A stretch of 64,000 nucleotides of DNA from Amoebophrya sp. A120 (GCA_905178155.1 CAJINV010000005.1:7934515-7998514), one strand, 5' to 3'; positions 1 through 13,026 are shown, numbered from the stretch's first letter. Notes: generated by a model from the letters alone, not told the origin. Numbers and translations: made by a program.

Positions 1-203
1 TGTGTTGCGTGATTGCCAAAAGCTGGCCACTTTTGATCAAGTTGGGAGGCAGTTTCTCATGCTGGTGAGGCATGATAGAGGTCGCGCAGAATCTGTCATG
101 CTAGATGAGATTGAGATCTGACAGACCTCAGCCTCACGCGTCATAGAAAACCTGCATGACAAGTCTCGCGACCTTCCAGACCCAGACATATCTGCAGTTC
201 ATA
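1..203. mobile_element. Introner family A, partial (right end only)
   Basis: Ends TTCCAGACCCAGACATATCTGCAGTTCATA. Confidence 0.85.
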
Positions 204-3200
204 ATCTTTCCGTCTGTACATGGTTGGGTTAGTAGTGTAGAACAAGTTTCGGAAGGGATCATTCACCGCTAGCGTGCTGGCACAGAGGAGGGATGACCGT
301 TGCTCCTCTTGCAGCTCCGAAGCGGTGGACGATGAAGACTTAGAACTACTCCTGCACCACTGCAGTGGTTGTCTTCTCTTCTCATACTCTTCGACATCGT
401 CCCTCCTCGACACAACATTCGTCCGCTGGTATTCCAGCGCGTTGAGCCAACTGGTGCGGTTGTTATCGCAAAAAGGGTGTTCTCGGAAGGGCGGGGAGTA
501 ATACGCGTGAGGGAAGGATGAACCCTCTTGCTCAACATTATCACCCTCTTGTTCCTCATTCTCACTTGTCTATCCAAGAAAAAAACATTGTAGGTGTAAC
601 TTTTCTGGAGGAAAAGCATTACAAATTTGTGTGGCATGACAGCAAAAACCTGTCACGCGCAGATAGTACGGGAAAACACCCTTTAATGGACCCTGCGATG
701 CATGCCAAGCATGACAGACGCAATCATCTTGCATGTTGCGCGTCACAAATTTACACTAACAAGGTTTTTTTCTTGGATATTGTCAAATCGAAGTACAGTG
801 CCAGAGACATGGGAGGCGGTTCGTTGTGCTGGACGGAGGTAAGTAGTTCGTAATACGGCGGGCCATATCACTTGCAAAAGTGTCTGGGCCTGGAAACTTG
901 TGATGCTGGGTGGCGATGATTGAACATACTCCTGAGTGCGACCAAGCATGACAAATTTTTCGGACACTTCCTCATGCATAGTGCGCATGAGAAACTGCGC
1001 TTTTGCATGACAAAAGGAGGCTCCTTTTCCTGGTCATGCAATACAGATTTTACAGGAATCCAAGCCACGCAATACAGGTTCCACTTTTCCAGACCCAGAC
1101 ATATTTGCAATGCATACGCCGTAGAAAAGTTTATGCCGCAGGTGCACCATGTCCACTCTCGGTCTGTTTATGCGAGCAGTAGATGTTGTAGTTCTTGCGC
1201 CGCTGTTGCTTGTGCTGCTGGTACTGTCGCTTGATGCCACAGAAGAGGTACTAGCAGCACTCTCCTGTTCGTCGTCGTTTTCATCTTCTGCAAGCAGTTC
1301 CATCGCTTCTTTCAACCTGAATTTCACCAGCGATTTCGGCCTCGAAATGATTTCCCAATCATCCTCTAAGAACAGAATGAACTCCGATCTCGTGCTGCGC
1401 ATCGCGCAGGAGGCAAAGGCCTTCCCGGTTCGCATATACGTGGTACGGGAGATCTTGATATGCGTCTCCGGCCACTTGTAATCGTGGATGGGAAGCTGTT
1501 TTAAATTGTACTTTCTCAAAATGTGCTCGCGCCACTTTAGCTCCGGATTGCGTATTCGTCGGGTAAGTAGTTTTGTGCGCCGCCGAACAGGAGGAGGAAG
1601 AGTACCGGAAGAAAGTTCACCACTTTGATGTTGACCATGGTTTTGTTGCCCTTCTTGATCTCCAGCGGCCTCGCCTGAATTCATTTGCTCCTCTCCTGGT
1701 ACTTCTACACCCTCCGCTGTACTTCTAGTACTTTGCGCGTCCTCTTCTACCTTGGGCTGCTGGTGGCTTGTAGTCTCTTCTGCTGGTTCATCATCTTCTT
1801 CGACCTCGACGTCGTATCCAAGAAAAAAACTGTGTTCGTGTAGGTGTCTTGACGTGACAGCATGACAAATCTGTTCTGCATGACAGACAAAGCCTGTCAT
1901 GCGCAGCTAGTAAGTGAAAACACAAATGAAGTACGACTTCATGGTTGGCTAGCATGACAAGTGTAACAGTGTTGCACACTTTGCATCACAGACTTACACT
2001 TACACAGTTTTTCTCTTGCATACCTCGTATTCCTCGTCCACAAACTCATCCGCATCCTCCAGAAACATCAAGTATTTTTCCCGTGCCATGTATCAAATGT
2101 AAAAACGTCTGGGTCTGGAAACTTGTGATGCTAAAAGTGAACGAGAGTTCCACTGCAATACGGAGCCAAGCATGACAAAATTTTTGGGCTCCTATGTGTT
2201 GCGTGTCCCGCATGGCAAACTGCGTGTTTGCATGACAGAAAAGAGGACCGCTTCGTGCCCATGCATCACAGATTCTTGAGTCATGTCAGACAAGCATGAC
2301 AAATCTCAAAATCTTCCAGACCCAGACACTTTTGCATTTGATACCATGTCCAGAAGCCCCATTTCCTTGTACGTCCGCAAGGTGTGCTCGAACGTTCTCG
2401 CCCCGTTCCCGTACACCATGCAGAGGGAGAGGGAGGAGGTGGATTTTTTGTCGCTATTTGCATCATTCATTTCCGCATCAGAAGTTGTTCTTTCGTTTGT
2501 TTCCTCATCAAGATGATCTTCGGCCTGCTGCGTAGTCGTTCCACTTATTTGTTCCGCGTTTATTTCAGGTGTTGCAGCTTCCGCTTCCGACATTATGTAC
2601 TCTTCATACTTCAACTCCTCCCGTTTTGTCAGCGTGTCTTCCCCGTCACCATACAACAGCCTCTGCCACGCGTTCAGTTTCCGGTACATCCGCTTCACCA
2701 TGTTAGTGAACTATCAAATGCAAATATGTCTGGGTCTGGAAGGTAAGAACTTGTGATGCTAACTATGGACGCTAAAAAAAATTGTATTGCATGACCAGCA
2801 AGAGGAGTCTAGTTTGTGCTACGCGGGGAGGACGTTTGTCATGCGGAGAAGGCATCAGAAAGCCCTCTAAAAATCTGCGATGCTACGTCGTGCATTACAG
2901 ACATCCTGGGTCATGCACAATATGCATGACAAGTCTCGGAATCTCCCAGACCCAGACCTTTTTGCATTTGATATGAACCGCGGGACATCGAAAATAAAGG
3001 GCAGAAACTCGTCCTCTTCGGGAAGATTTATTTCTCGTTCTGATTCGTGACCTCCCGTGTCGACGACCTGGGGCTCCCGAGAAGATGAAGATGGCCGCGT
3101 CGAGGATTCGGATGCAGTATCAACCCCGTGTGAAGATGACTGGTGCTCTACTACTTCGCCTGTGGTCTGCTCCATTCTCTGCTCTCCAGATACATCGACC

Positions 3201-4616
3201 TCTGCTGCAGCGGGCACTTGTGATATTACCGCGGAAGTTGTAGATCCTAACATATTATCGCCGTTCTGTTCCAAGACCTCCCCCAACCCGGTGCTGTCGT
3301 CGTAGTTGGCGGTGCTGGAAGTTGTTTGGTCGTGGTGCTCTTCTCCACCTGAAAAAGATTCTTGTTCTCGTCCGCTTTCAACAACACCGTTCTCGGTCGA
3401 AGATGAAGAACCTGCTCTCCTCGTCGCCGCATGACCATACAGCGCGTCCCAAACCTGCCGGCAGTCCAGCTCGGTGGTGTCCAAAGACTCCACATACTCA
3501 ATAACCGCGGGAGCCCACTCTTTCCACAAGACCAGCCAATTCTGCAAATCGACGTAATTCTGCTCTCCTAGGTCGTGGGCCTCTAATGTGATTTTGGGTG
3601 CTAGATAAGGCAGAAACTTCTTTCACCGAGAAGGCAGAACGTCGGTAAAAGTAGAATGTTGACGTTGAGCAACAGCATGACAAGAGCAGTATCCTTTCCT
3701 TGCAAAACCGCATCACAAAACGGAGGTACAACATGATGAAGATGATCAAAGATCATTTTATACCATAAATGCTCCCGACGATGGTCGCCAGATTTAGGGC
3801 CCCCACCGGACAGGACCTCGCGACATCGTCAAACGTGTGTTCGTTGCGAAAATTTTCCACGAACAATTGCTGTGCGTCCACAAAATGGAAGTCCGCGATT
3901 TTTCGCATACTCCGCCAACAGTGGTAGCCCATCGAGTGGACGTAGTTAGGCCAAAAGATGCGGTTCTGGTCGCATTTGCAGAAATTCTCAACCAAAGGGA
4001 GCAGAAGCCGGGCCTTTTCGGGTAGACGTTCATCTTCTTGCGGGAGCTTCTGTTCATCAGTTGCTGCAACTGCTTCTGAATTATGCTGATCTTCTTCTTG
4101 TTGTGCCGGAGTAGTGTGAACATCCTCGTCTGATGTCGTTATTATTTCATCACCTGGAGGTGGTCGTCGTGGTTCTTCCTGCGCCAACGGTGAGGTCGAA
4201 GTAGTTGTGAAGAGGAGATGTAGTTGAAACATCAGGCAGTAAGACGCTGCAGCCAGTCGCCGGAAACGCCGAAAAGATTTTGTTGCGCGGGAGGGCCTAC
4301 TACTTCTGAGGGGAACTACAACTAAATTTCTTCTGCAGTAGTTGTTCCTCCGCAACTGCGTAAAAATTAGTCGATCAGGTTCTGGGGGTGTCGCTTTAAT
4401 TCGTGTTCGCCGTTTATAATTTCGACGTACGGGAAAGAGATTACCTGAACAGCCGAATGGCGAAAGGTGCGACAAGCTGGCAGAATTTCTTGCTGCTGTT
4501 CTTGGTGTCGGCGAATTGTTCGAAAAATAACCATCGCGTTCCTGTGCTGTCTTCCTCTCGACGCGCGAAGAAATTTCTTCTACGCGGACGGGATCTTCTC
4601 CGCTGCTAGTCTGCAT
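1..4616 (-). CDS. Multi-exon gene, putative GT-A-fold glycosyltransferase (3' end runs off window)
   Basis: ORF pieces 3753-4616, 2867-3547, 2306-2701, 1034-1900 and 141-413. Joins across elements at 866 and 571 were checked and are in frame (YGPPYYELL..LTSENEEQ). Motifs SLCMVYGNG and EFILFLEDDWEII (DxD-like after a hydrophobic strand). Start codon and the intron at about 3623-3760 are uncertain. Confidence 0.6.
571..779. mobile_element. Introner family C
   Basis: TIR TATCCAAGAAAAAAA; flanks TTGTC/TTGTC; removal restores frame. Confidence 0.92.
866..1116. mobile_element. Introner family A
   Basis: TIR ..TGCAAA..TGTCTGGG(T/C)CTGGAA; flanks GGCCA/CGCCG (3/5); removal restores frame. Confidence 0.9.
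1815..2022. mobile_element. Introner family C
   Basis: TIR; flanks CGTCG/CCTCG. Confidence 0.9.
2091..2343. mobile_element. Introner family A
   Basis: TIR; flanks CCATG/CCATG. Confidence 0.93.
2712..2973. mobile_element. Introner family A
   Basis: TIR; flanks TGAAC/TGAAC. Confidence 0.93.
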
Positions 4617-5399
4617 TTTCTCTCCGCTCGGGACGTCGAGAGGAGGGGTGTACTACGAAGGTCGAGGTCCTCGTGCAAGATGAAAGAAACGTCGGTCCTC
4701 TGGAGGTCTAGCACTAGCTCTCCTGCAGCATGAAGATGGTCACTACACTGCCGTCCTACCAAAGCAGAACTCGTCGCTGCGCTGCACTTCTTGTGCAGTT
4801 TTCGCGGAAACACGACCGGAAGATATCGGGTTTAGCAAGGTAATGCAGCGGTCGGCGAGAATTCGACCGGTTGTCGTTTGTCGCTTTTCCTCTTCATCCC
4901 TCACCGTGATGATCCGAACCAATGAAGCCGAGGCTCATTCTCAGATCACCTAACCAACAGTCCTGAACTCCAATGTCTTGAGAAGCGACCACGCCGCTTT
5001 TGTTCTAGATCTAGATACATGCGCGAGGACCCCAGGATCTACATAGAACCGTCATAAAGCAAATCGCCCCTGCTTAAATACAGTCCACCGCCAATAAAGA
5101 AACGCACACTGCTCAGCAGGGCTGCAGGGCTACAGAGACATCGGAAAAGGGACATACACACAAGCACGACACTGACACAAGTGAAAGGGACACCATCTCA
5201 GGCCCCGCGAATGCAAGACCCGGCCCGCCGCACCGACGAAACCGGCCACGTCTTTAGGATAATTCGAAAAAGAAAAAGGCCACCGGCACTGTACTAGACG
5301 AAAGCCCCAGAGTGTCTACCGGAGGGGCAACAGATAGGACCCGACAACGCTACTCATTCTGTGGCCTACGGAGCTGAGCGTGGCTATGTGTGACATATT

Positions 5400-6720
5400 A
5401 GCCTGACGAAAGCACGTCTGAGCGCGCACTGCAACCAATCTCCGCTGCAAGTGCATGGGCAGCTGCGCGGGGCGCCGGAAAATAAAAAGACGGCCGCGAG
5501 CAGAGACACGTGTCGAACTGCGTGCGCCGTTGGTTCGCCCGCCGGCCGGCCGGCCCCCGCCCGCCGCGGTACCGGCGTCGGCGGGCTTCCCGCCCGGAAT
5601 TGCCCCGCGACGGACTTATCAACACTGGGCCAACCGGGCCCCGCCCGTCCAGTGGGTATGGGCGCACGCGCGGCATCCGCGCGGGCTGGGTGCGCACGTC
5701 GGTAGGCAGGGGGGCACACCGGCGGCCCGCCAGCCTGTATCGATTGGTTGGGAAAGGGGCCAGGCGCCTAGCAACGCCGGGCCATTTTACCAAAGAACAC
5801 CGCCGCCGCCGGTAGCCCCGGGGCGCGCGCCGCTCGAAGTCCGAGCGGCGCGCGCCGAGCTTCTCGCCAGAACCGGGCAACGACTGCAGCGCGCTGCTGT
5901 AGTAGCAGCGCGCGCCCGGGTCGTTCTGCAAGCGCGGCACTGCCTGGCCGCCGATGCACTCGGACCGACCCGAAGGCGCAAAGAAAAGGCGGACCTGCGC
6001 CCGGCGGCCTTTGCTTGCCCGCGCGCCGTACTTTGCGCGCAGAAGTGCACTCGTCGCATGCTCTCCCCGCCGGCCATCGGAGAACAGGCGCAGCGGCGCG
6101 GCCGCTGTGGGGTTTTTCCGCTGCAAGCTAGCCGTTCGCGTGGGGGGCGCGCAAGCCGCTGGCTACCAGGCCTGCGGTGGGGCGGATAAAAGCCCCCGGC
6201 TTGCTGGCTGCTCCTCCGTCAGCGGCCACCCACGAAGCAGAGCACTGCAACCACGGGCCAAGAGCGTAGGGCCTCGCGGCGCAAATGCCGGCCAAGAGGT
6301 AAGCCCCGGCCCCTTTCCCTTTCCTGCATGCATTGGGCGGGCGCGCGCCAACCATTGGCCCGGCGTGGGGCTGGCGCACGGAATTGCGCGGCGGGCAGGC
6401 CGGGCCAGCGGCCTCCACCGACGGAGTAGCTGCTTTGGACATGTCCAAAAAGCACTTTCCTCCTCTTTCGTTCTGGTGCCTCCTCTTCCCGCCGCCGCGG
6501 TAACTCCAGGTAGAGCCCTGCCGCTCTAGCGAGATGCGCGCGCCAGCCATTGACTGGCCCGGCGTGGGGCTGGCGCACGGAATTGCGCGGCAGGCCGGGC
6601 CAGCGGCCTCCACCGACCGGCCGCGCTCTCGTCGCCCGGCGCTCCTCGCTATTCAGAACTGGCCATCGGCCCGGCGATTCTTGACCATCATCTGCTTCGC
6701 AGCCACGAGCATGAAGAGCG
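5400..6720. repeat. GC-rich intergenic block with an ~82-bp direct repeat (6341-6422 / 6536-6617)
   Basis: Visibly much more GC-rich than its flanks. Repeat GGCCCGGCGTGGGGCTGGCGCACGGAATTGCGCGGC..GGCCTCCACCGAC occurs twice. Overlapping ORFs in all frames look spurious. Confidence 0.6.
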
Positions 6721-7337
6721 ATGGATTAATTAATTAATTAACTCGGAACACAGAGGAGCTGCTTCGTGCCCCCGATCACCACACAAAGCACGTAGCAAGC
6801 CGTCGCCATCAAATTTGAATTGGCGGAACTGTGTTATTCGACAGAAGCCATTCTGATTTCAACTCGATGAAGCGAGCAACCTTTCCTTTCTTCGCAACTT
6901 CTTCATCTCGTCCACATGAGCGTTCTTGTAATGGATTAGTAGTTACATTGTCCTCCTTCCAGAAATCAACTGATCGCCGCCAAGATTCCACGACCTCTGT
7001 CTATTTTTTTACAGAGTTCTTGAATCTTCAGTGTAGTCGGTTTTTTTTTTGCTCTATCTCCTTTGCCCGCCACCATCCACCGCTAATTTTTCCAATGTTG
7101 CTACTTACAGCTCGTCCCTGCTGCGCGCGTCATCTTCCAAACTAACACTTCGCCACCTGAGACCGGCTTCGACGACAACTCTTCATTACTGCGCAGAACT
7201 TCGCGTTTTTTCCGTGAAGTTGTTGTCACAATGGTGGATGAAGAAGTGAAGGCTACGTACAACCTGGCGTCTTGTCGACATCTACAACGCGTCAAATGGT
7301 CAAGGTATACCCCGACTTCCACAAAAACAGGATCATC

Positions 7338-10300
7338 TCACCCGGCGATCATCGCTACTATGTAGAGCAAAAAGGCCCCGCACATTCCCGCTATCACCAT
7401 CTTCAACTTCATATTTCTCCACTGGATGGCCCTGCGCAGGTCGACGGACTGGTGTTTATTTTGGAGGGATGATTGTATGTTGTTATGCAAGAAAAAAACT
7501 GTGTTAGTGTAAATCTGTGATGCACAACTACATGCATCAGAGTTACGCCTGTCATGCCAGACAACCATGAAGTACTTACTCTTTTCACGTGTGTTCCCCC
7601 TTACGAGCCGCGCATGACAGGCTTTCTCTGTCATGTAGAGCAAATTTGTGATGCTGTCAACCAAAGAAAGTTACACTAACACAATTTTGTTCTTGGATAG
7701 TTGTGAGTTGTTGTGTACTATCCACATGTGGCCATGCGGCGCATGACAAAGTTCAGGACAACTCGGTGTACTTCCTTCTGCGTCCACTAGTATGTTGCAT
7801 CTAATCAAAATTCCTATACCTGCTTCAGAAACTGGTCCGCCTGCCTGCTCATGTTGTCTGTCCTCTGCTCCAAATTCTCCAGGTTGTGATGTGTTTCTAA
7901 AATTCTCCGCACATTGTCCTGCATGTTCTCCTTCAACTCTTCTACTTTTCCCTGCATATCCTGAGGAAAACCGTCCCCACTCGTCGCTGTCCAGAGTCAC
8001 TGAAAGACTGGAAACTTAGCAACACAAAGACAAATTCAGTAGAAGTTTTGGGCGTCACACATGACAAGTTGCTGTCTGTTGTGTACTAGCGCAGCTTCGC
8101 AAGGCCAAACGCATCACAAATCCGTCTGCTCATCCCGTTATACAGAATTACAAATTCCAACACACGCATAGAATTGGAATTGCCTCTCTTCATGGGGATC
8201 ATGCGCATTACAAACGTTCCTGCGATTACAAAACTGCATGACAACTATGGGGTCGTCGTGAGGACGTTTTTACATTAGGATACTGCACCTCAAATATACA
8301 GAAAAAAAACTAGGCAAGTGTAAACTTTGTAGGAAGAGCAGCATCACAAATTCGTTTTGCATTACAGGGAAAATCTGTCATGCGCAGCTAGTACGTAGAA
8401 ACACGCATGAAAGTAGCCTGTGAGGCAGATCTAGCATGCCAAGTATAACAGTTTTGCATTTCCTGCATCACAGACTTACACTCACATAGATTTTTTCTTG
8501 CATATCAAAAGTTTTGTCCCGGTCCGCGAGCTGGTAGCGCTTGATGATCTCCTATCCTGAACAAAAACATCCCCACCTCATAACCAAGTATGGTAAATGT
8601 GCAACACAAATGTCCAAGTTTTGGGAGTTGCGCATGACAAGTTTCGATCTCAATTGTAGTGCTGGTTAGCTGCCCTCCGCATGATGAGAGAGCCAGGCTC
8701 TGATCCTGTTTACAGTATTACAGATTCCAAAACACGTCGATTTGCAATGCCTCTCATGGAGATACGCATTACAACTGTTCAGTTCCTGTCAATGTCATTG
8801 CGCATTTGCATGACAACTCCGGGGTGGGGACGTTTTTGTTGAGGATATCTCCCGAACCGGCTTCTTCAGCGGCTTGGTCAGTGAGAGCGAGGATAGATGG
8901 TGCAGGGAATCGCCCTGAGGTAGTTTTTTGTGCGATTTTCATTTCTGCATGAGAAATAATTGCGACATGGCTCCTGCATCCTGATATCCTAGAAGCAGGA
9001 GGCCTACGATCATCTATAAACACCTGCTCGTCGGCGGTGTCCTGGAGGTCCTGAGTTTCGACATCAGAATGATCAAGATCAGAACTCATTGTCATAATCC
9101 CGTATGATCTACAAATCAAACCGCGTGATGTTGAGATAAAAACCGTACTTACTACTATTAAGTAACACATACCTGCGTGACGTGCACCCGTTCCAAAACT
9201 TCGTTTAAGCACGCGTACGCCAGTATCAAATGCAAATATGTCTGGGTCTGGAAGGTTGGAAGACTTGTCATGCACGTTTTGCATGAGCGATGATGCTTGT
9301 GATGCATGCCCTAGCATCACAATTTTTTTCGGGGCTTTTTGATGCCTATTCCGCATAACAAATGCCTCTTCGCATGGCAAAAATTGCACTCCCTTTGCTG
9401 CTCATGCAATACAGTTTTTTTTGGAATCCAAATGCAGCATCACAAGTTGCATTCTTCTAGACCCAGACATATTTGCACTTGATAGCCAGCCGCTCCGGGT
9501 ACCCGGCGTCCCGAATCCCTATTGCGTACAAGCAATGACTATGCATAGCAAATAGGTGTCTGCGTCTGGAAATAAGCCCGAGCTTGTCGTGCTTGTCTGG
9601 CAAGCCTGGAAAATGAAAATCTGTATTTTTGCATGATCGAGAAATATAACAACTGCAGCTTCTCGAAAATGCAAGAAAAATTGTCATGCTTATTTGCGGC
9701 ACGACTTCCAACTCCTGTTGCAATCCTTCACAAGAACTCCGCGTCACAAATTTCCAGACCCAGGGAAAAACCAATTTGCCATGCGTAATGGCTGGAAACC
9801 CCGTTACCCGCCATGACAAACATGTTTCCCTGGCACGGGTACTCGAGAATCACCCGGGTTTTGAACTCCGCATTTGTTATATCCTCAGTAAAAACGTCCC
9901 CACACCAGAGTTGTCATGCGAATGCGCAATGACAGGAACACTTGTAATGCGCAGCTCCATGAGAAGAATTTCCAATCGTGGTGGTAATGCTGTAAACAGG
10001 ATGTGAAAGCGGCTTTCTCATGCGGCTTCTCTCGCCAATCAGCACAACACTGCAGAGGAAAACTTGTCATGCACAGCTTCCAAAGCTTGAAGATTTGTGT
10101 TGCTAGATTCCCAACTTGACCATGCTGGCATGGGGACGTTGTTACAAATGATATGTTATGCCCCGTTGCTGCTGGCAGGACTGGAGAAATTGCCGCTCAA
10201 ACTGTTGCTTTTCTTGGGACGCGATTTTACCTGTGAGGATACAATGAAAGTAGATTGCGATTTATTCTTTGGTCGATTACGTAATGTGTTCGTGCTTGAA

Positions 10301-10810
10301 GTTTTATTTCGCAATACTGAAGTGGTTATATATACAAATCTGCAGTGGTAGACAAAGCAAATTGCACACGAGGCTCCACATCCTGTTCCTGCATTTCCAA
10401 ATGCAAATTCCCATTCGTGCAATAAAAAGTACGGCAAGAAACAAAATCTATACTGTCAACGAAAATTGACGCCAGCAAAGCCCCATCGGTGACGCGGGCT
10501 AGGTATCAAATGCAAATGTGTCCGGGTCTGAAAACTTGTGATGCGAGAATGTGGATGATGGAATAATCAGTTCCGAATGCAACCCAGCATGACCACTTTC
10601 CAGAACGCTTTCTCATAGGAAACCCGCATGGAAAACTGCGTTTTTACATGCACAAAAGAGGCTGCGACTTTTGTTGGTTATAATGCAAGACAGATTTTCT
10701 AAGGTATGAAAAGCTAGCATTACAAGTCTCAACCTCCCAGACCCAGACATATTTGCAATCCGTACCAGGCCCACAAACACTATTCGCTCGTCCACAGAAA
10801 CGATCGCCAT
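7338..10810 (-). CDS. Longin-domain R-SNARE (VAMP7-like synaptobrevin), 11 exons
   Basis: Exons 10765-10810, 10454-10503, 10154-10230, 9788-9879, 9485-9539, 9173-9223, 8848-8914, 8505-8552, 8283-8294, 7820-7956, 7338-7448 join in frame. Longin-like MAIVSVDERIVFVGLARVTDGALLAS..YPERLAYACL; SNARE motif VQGKVEELKENMQDNVRRILETHHNLENLEQRTDNMSRQADQFLKQSVDLRRAIQWRNMKLK; C-terminal TM. GT-AG introns at 7449-7819, 8915-9172 and 10231-10453. Confidence 0.9.
7484..7699. mobile_element. Introner family C inside a GT-AG intron
   Basis: TIR; flanks GTTGT/GTTGT; lies within intron 7449-7819. Confidence 0.9.
7957..8282. mobile_element. Introner family B
   Basis: TIR TATCCTGAG.AAAA.CGTCCCCAC; flanks CTGCA/CTGCA. 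Confidence 0.9.
8295..8504. mobile_element. Introner family C
   Basis: TIR; flanks TCAAA/TCAAA. Confidence 0.9.
8553..8847. mobile_element. Introner family B
   Basis: TIR; flanks TCTCC/TCTCC. Confidence 0.92.
9224..9484. mobile_element. Introner family A
   Basis: TIR; flanks GCCAG/GCCAG. Confidence 0.93.
9540..9787. mobile_element. Introner family A, degenerate
   Basis: Eroded TIR; flanks ATGAC/ATGGC; removal restores frame. Confidence 0.8.
9880..10153. mobile_element. Introner family B
   Basis: TIR; flanks TGTTA/TGTTA. Confidence 0.9.
10504..10764. mobile_element. Introner family A
   Basis: TIR; flanks CTAGG/CCAGG. Confidence 0.9.
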
Positions 10811-12793
10811 TGTCGCAGATGTTGAGATGACACTTGATGTGCGACAAGTTTGTTCCTATCGTCCAAAAAAAATTTCTCGAAGCACCACCGCGGGTCGTAG
10901 TTGCTCTCACTGGTGCTGTGCTACTGGTGCCTCTACTTCATTCCTGTTCTTCCCGAGGAGGTATAGAGCACCTGGTTGATGCTGTTGCCACTTCTCGCGG
11001 TTCACAGTAGCAAGCTTGTTCACCTGGCGAGGATGGCTGTGTCGCTTGTGCTCGCACCGCTCCGGCACTTCTTCGATTTCGGGATTTTATTTCGTTCTCG
11101 ATGGCACTACGACCACACCGTAGTCGCTACGGCAAGTGTCGGCGGTGCAGCTTGCAGTGGAACTACAGCCCTGGTTGTTGACCGCGCGCTCCTCCCAGTA
11201 GCGGCGTGTTGCTGCTGGAGCGAAAGAACGGAGAATTAAAAACACCGCTATTTTTTACGACGGCAAGAAGTTGTCCTCTACTTCGCGGCTGCCTTGGTTC
11301 TCGTCAAGGCATAGGCAAGAAACAAAGATGACGGAAATCAAAAGCCGAAGGAGGAGGTGTCATCAACACCCCAGCTCTAGAAAAACTTCCGCTGAGATAA
11401 ACAAATTTGCACCACCGCTTGGCCTGTTTGTTCTTGCCGTGCTATGATCAATCTTCTTATCCGGCAGGAGCAAGGAAACAAAGCTTTCTACGTGTTCTAT
11501 GTGAAGAATACCCACAAGACCGGCAGAATCGAGGATATTACACCTCCTCCCCGATAATTGGTTCGTGAACGACCGAAGCTGCAATAGCGTTGTCGGGGTA
11601 CTTATGCTTATCTATATCTACACTTGAGTCCTACCGAAATTAATAATAAACCAGGTGGCGCTACATACCAGCAAGAGCGGAAATAACGTTGTGCGTAAAA
11701 CTTGTGGACCTGGTGGGATGATTCATGGTTGAAAAGTCTCGACTGTTGAAATAAATTTTCTCCGGTTCACAACTGATGTACCCAGCTGTGGGGTCTAAAT
11801 ACACGGTGTGTTTGGGTGGAAAAGAGACAGTACTTATAGCAATAGCCGTCGTTATTTTCACAAATGCACGGCACTTCTCAGCAGCAAAAGCATACGGAAA
11901 CAAACACCGAAGATGATAGAGAGTGCTGTTTTATTGAAGTGTTACTTATACTTCCGCGTGTAGGTGGGACAAGGACAACATTTCTTGCACACAACCTTTT
12001 CGACGTGTTCGACTGTTCTAAATCGACAAAGAAGTCGTCGCAAAAGTACTGCAATTTATCATGTACCAATACCAAATCTGCTACACTACACAAACAAGTA
12101 CTACACCCTCACAAGGACGACTCTTGAACACAAAACTTCCACATGTTCCGGCCGCACTGAGGGCCACGTGCACGTCAACTGCTTTTCTTTTTCATCTTTA
12201 CATATACAGCAGCATAATCAACATCTGCCTGGTAGTGCCAGGCCGCTGCGTAAGAACTTTTTTTCTTCAACACTATACCCAATCAGTATCAGACGGAGTG
12301 CGAAAATGCGAAAAAGAAAAAGCGATTGGGTCATATGTTGTTCTGTTCCTCGAAAATTGTTCTCTTGTTCCACTTAGGAGTCCCCAATCCAAAATGTAGT
12401 TGGTTTTGCGGAAAAATGTGTCTGAGGACAAGCGCTTGCTTTTGCAGCGAACACTTATCCTGAAATCAGTATACTTATGAAGAAAATCATGATGCTGTGC
12501 CCAACTGCGGGGTCCTCTATACGAGAAGTTCTCGTCACTAAAGTTGTCGCAGTCGAGCTTCTTCACGAGCATGATCCGTCCAAAACCAAAAATGCTAGCA
12601 AAACAATGAGTTATTTCTCGGGCGGAAACAAAAAGCAAAAGGCGAAAATTTTACAAATTGAAATTCTTTCGTGCCTGTACAACTATAAAAGCAACTACAT
12701 TTATTTCATTTTGTTCGTCCATCAATACGTTCATTGTACACGTCGGTCTTCACTGGTTAGACAACCACGATGGCGGCGTCTTCACTTGTTAGA

Positions 12794-13026
12794 CAAAATT
12801 CCTATACCTGCTTCAGAAACTGGTCCGCCTGCCTGCTCATGTTGTCTGTCCTCTGCTCCAAATTCTCCAGGTTGTGATGCGTTTCTAAAATTCTCCGCAC
12901 ATTGTCCTGCATGTTCTCCTTTAACTCTTCTACTTTTCCCTGCATATCCTGAGTAAAACCGTCCCCACTCGTGGTCCAGAGTCACTGACACACTGGGATG
13001 AACTTAGCAACACAAATTCAGTAGAA
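12794..13026 (-). pseudogene. Duplicated fragment of the VAMP7-like gene (SNARE exon plus one end of the adjacent introner)
   Basis: Near-identical to 7806-8044; flanked by a 32-bp direct repeat at 12747-12778 and 13035-13066. Confidence 0.88.

Noticed and set aside
4850-5400. Possible solo LTR (TTAAATA followed by AATAAA)
   Set aside because: No TG..CA ends, TSD or second copy could be identified.
5384-6613. Long overlapping ORFs up to 244 aa
   Set aside because: A by-product of high GC. They are Arg/Ala/Pro/Gly-rich in all frames with no domain.
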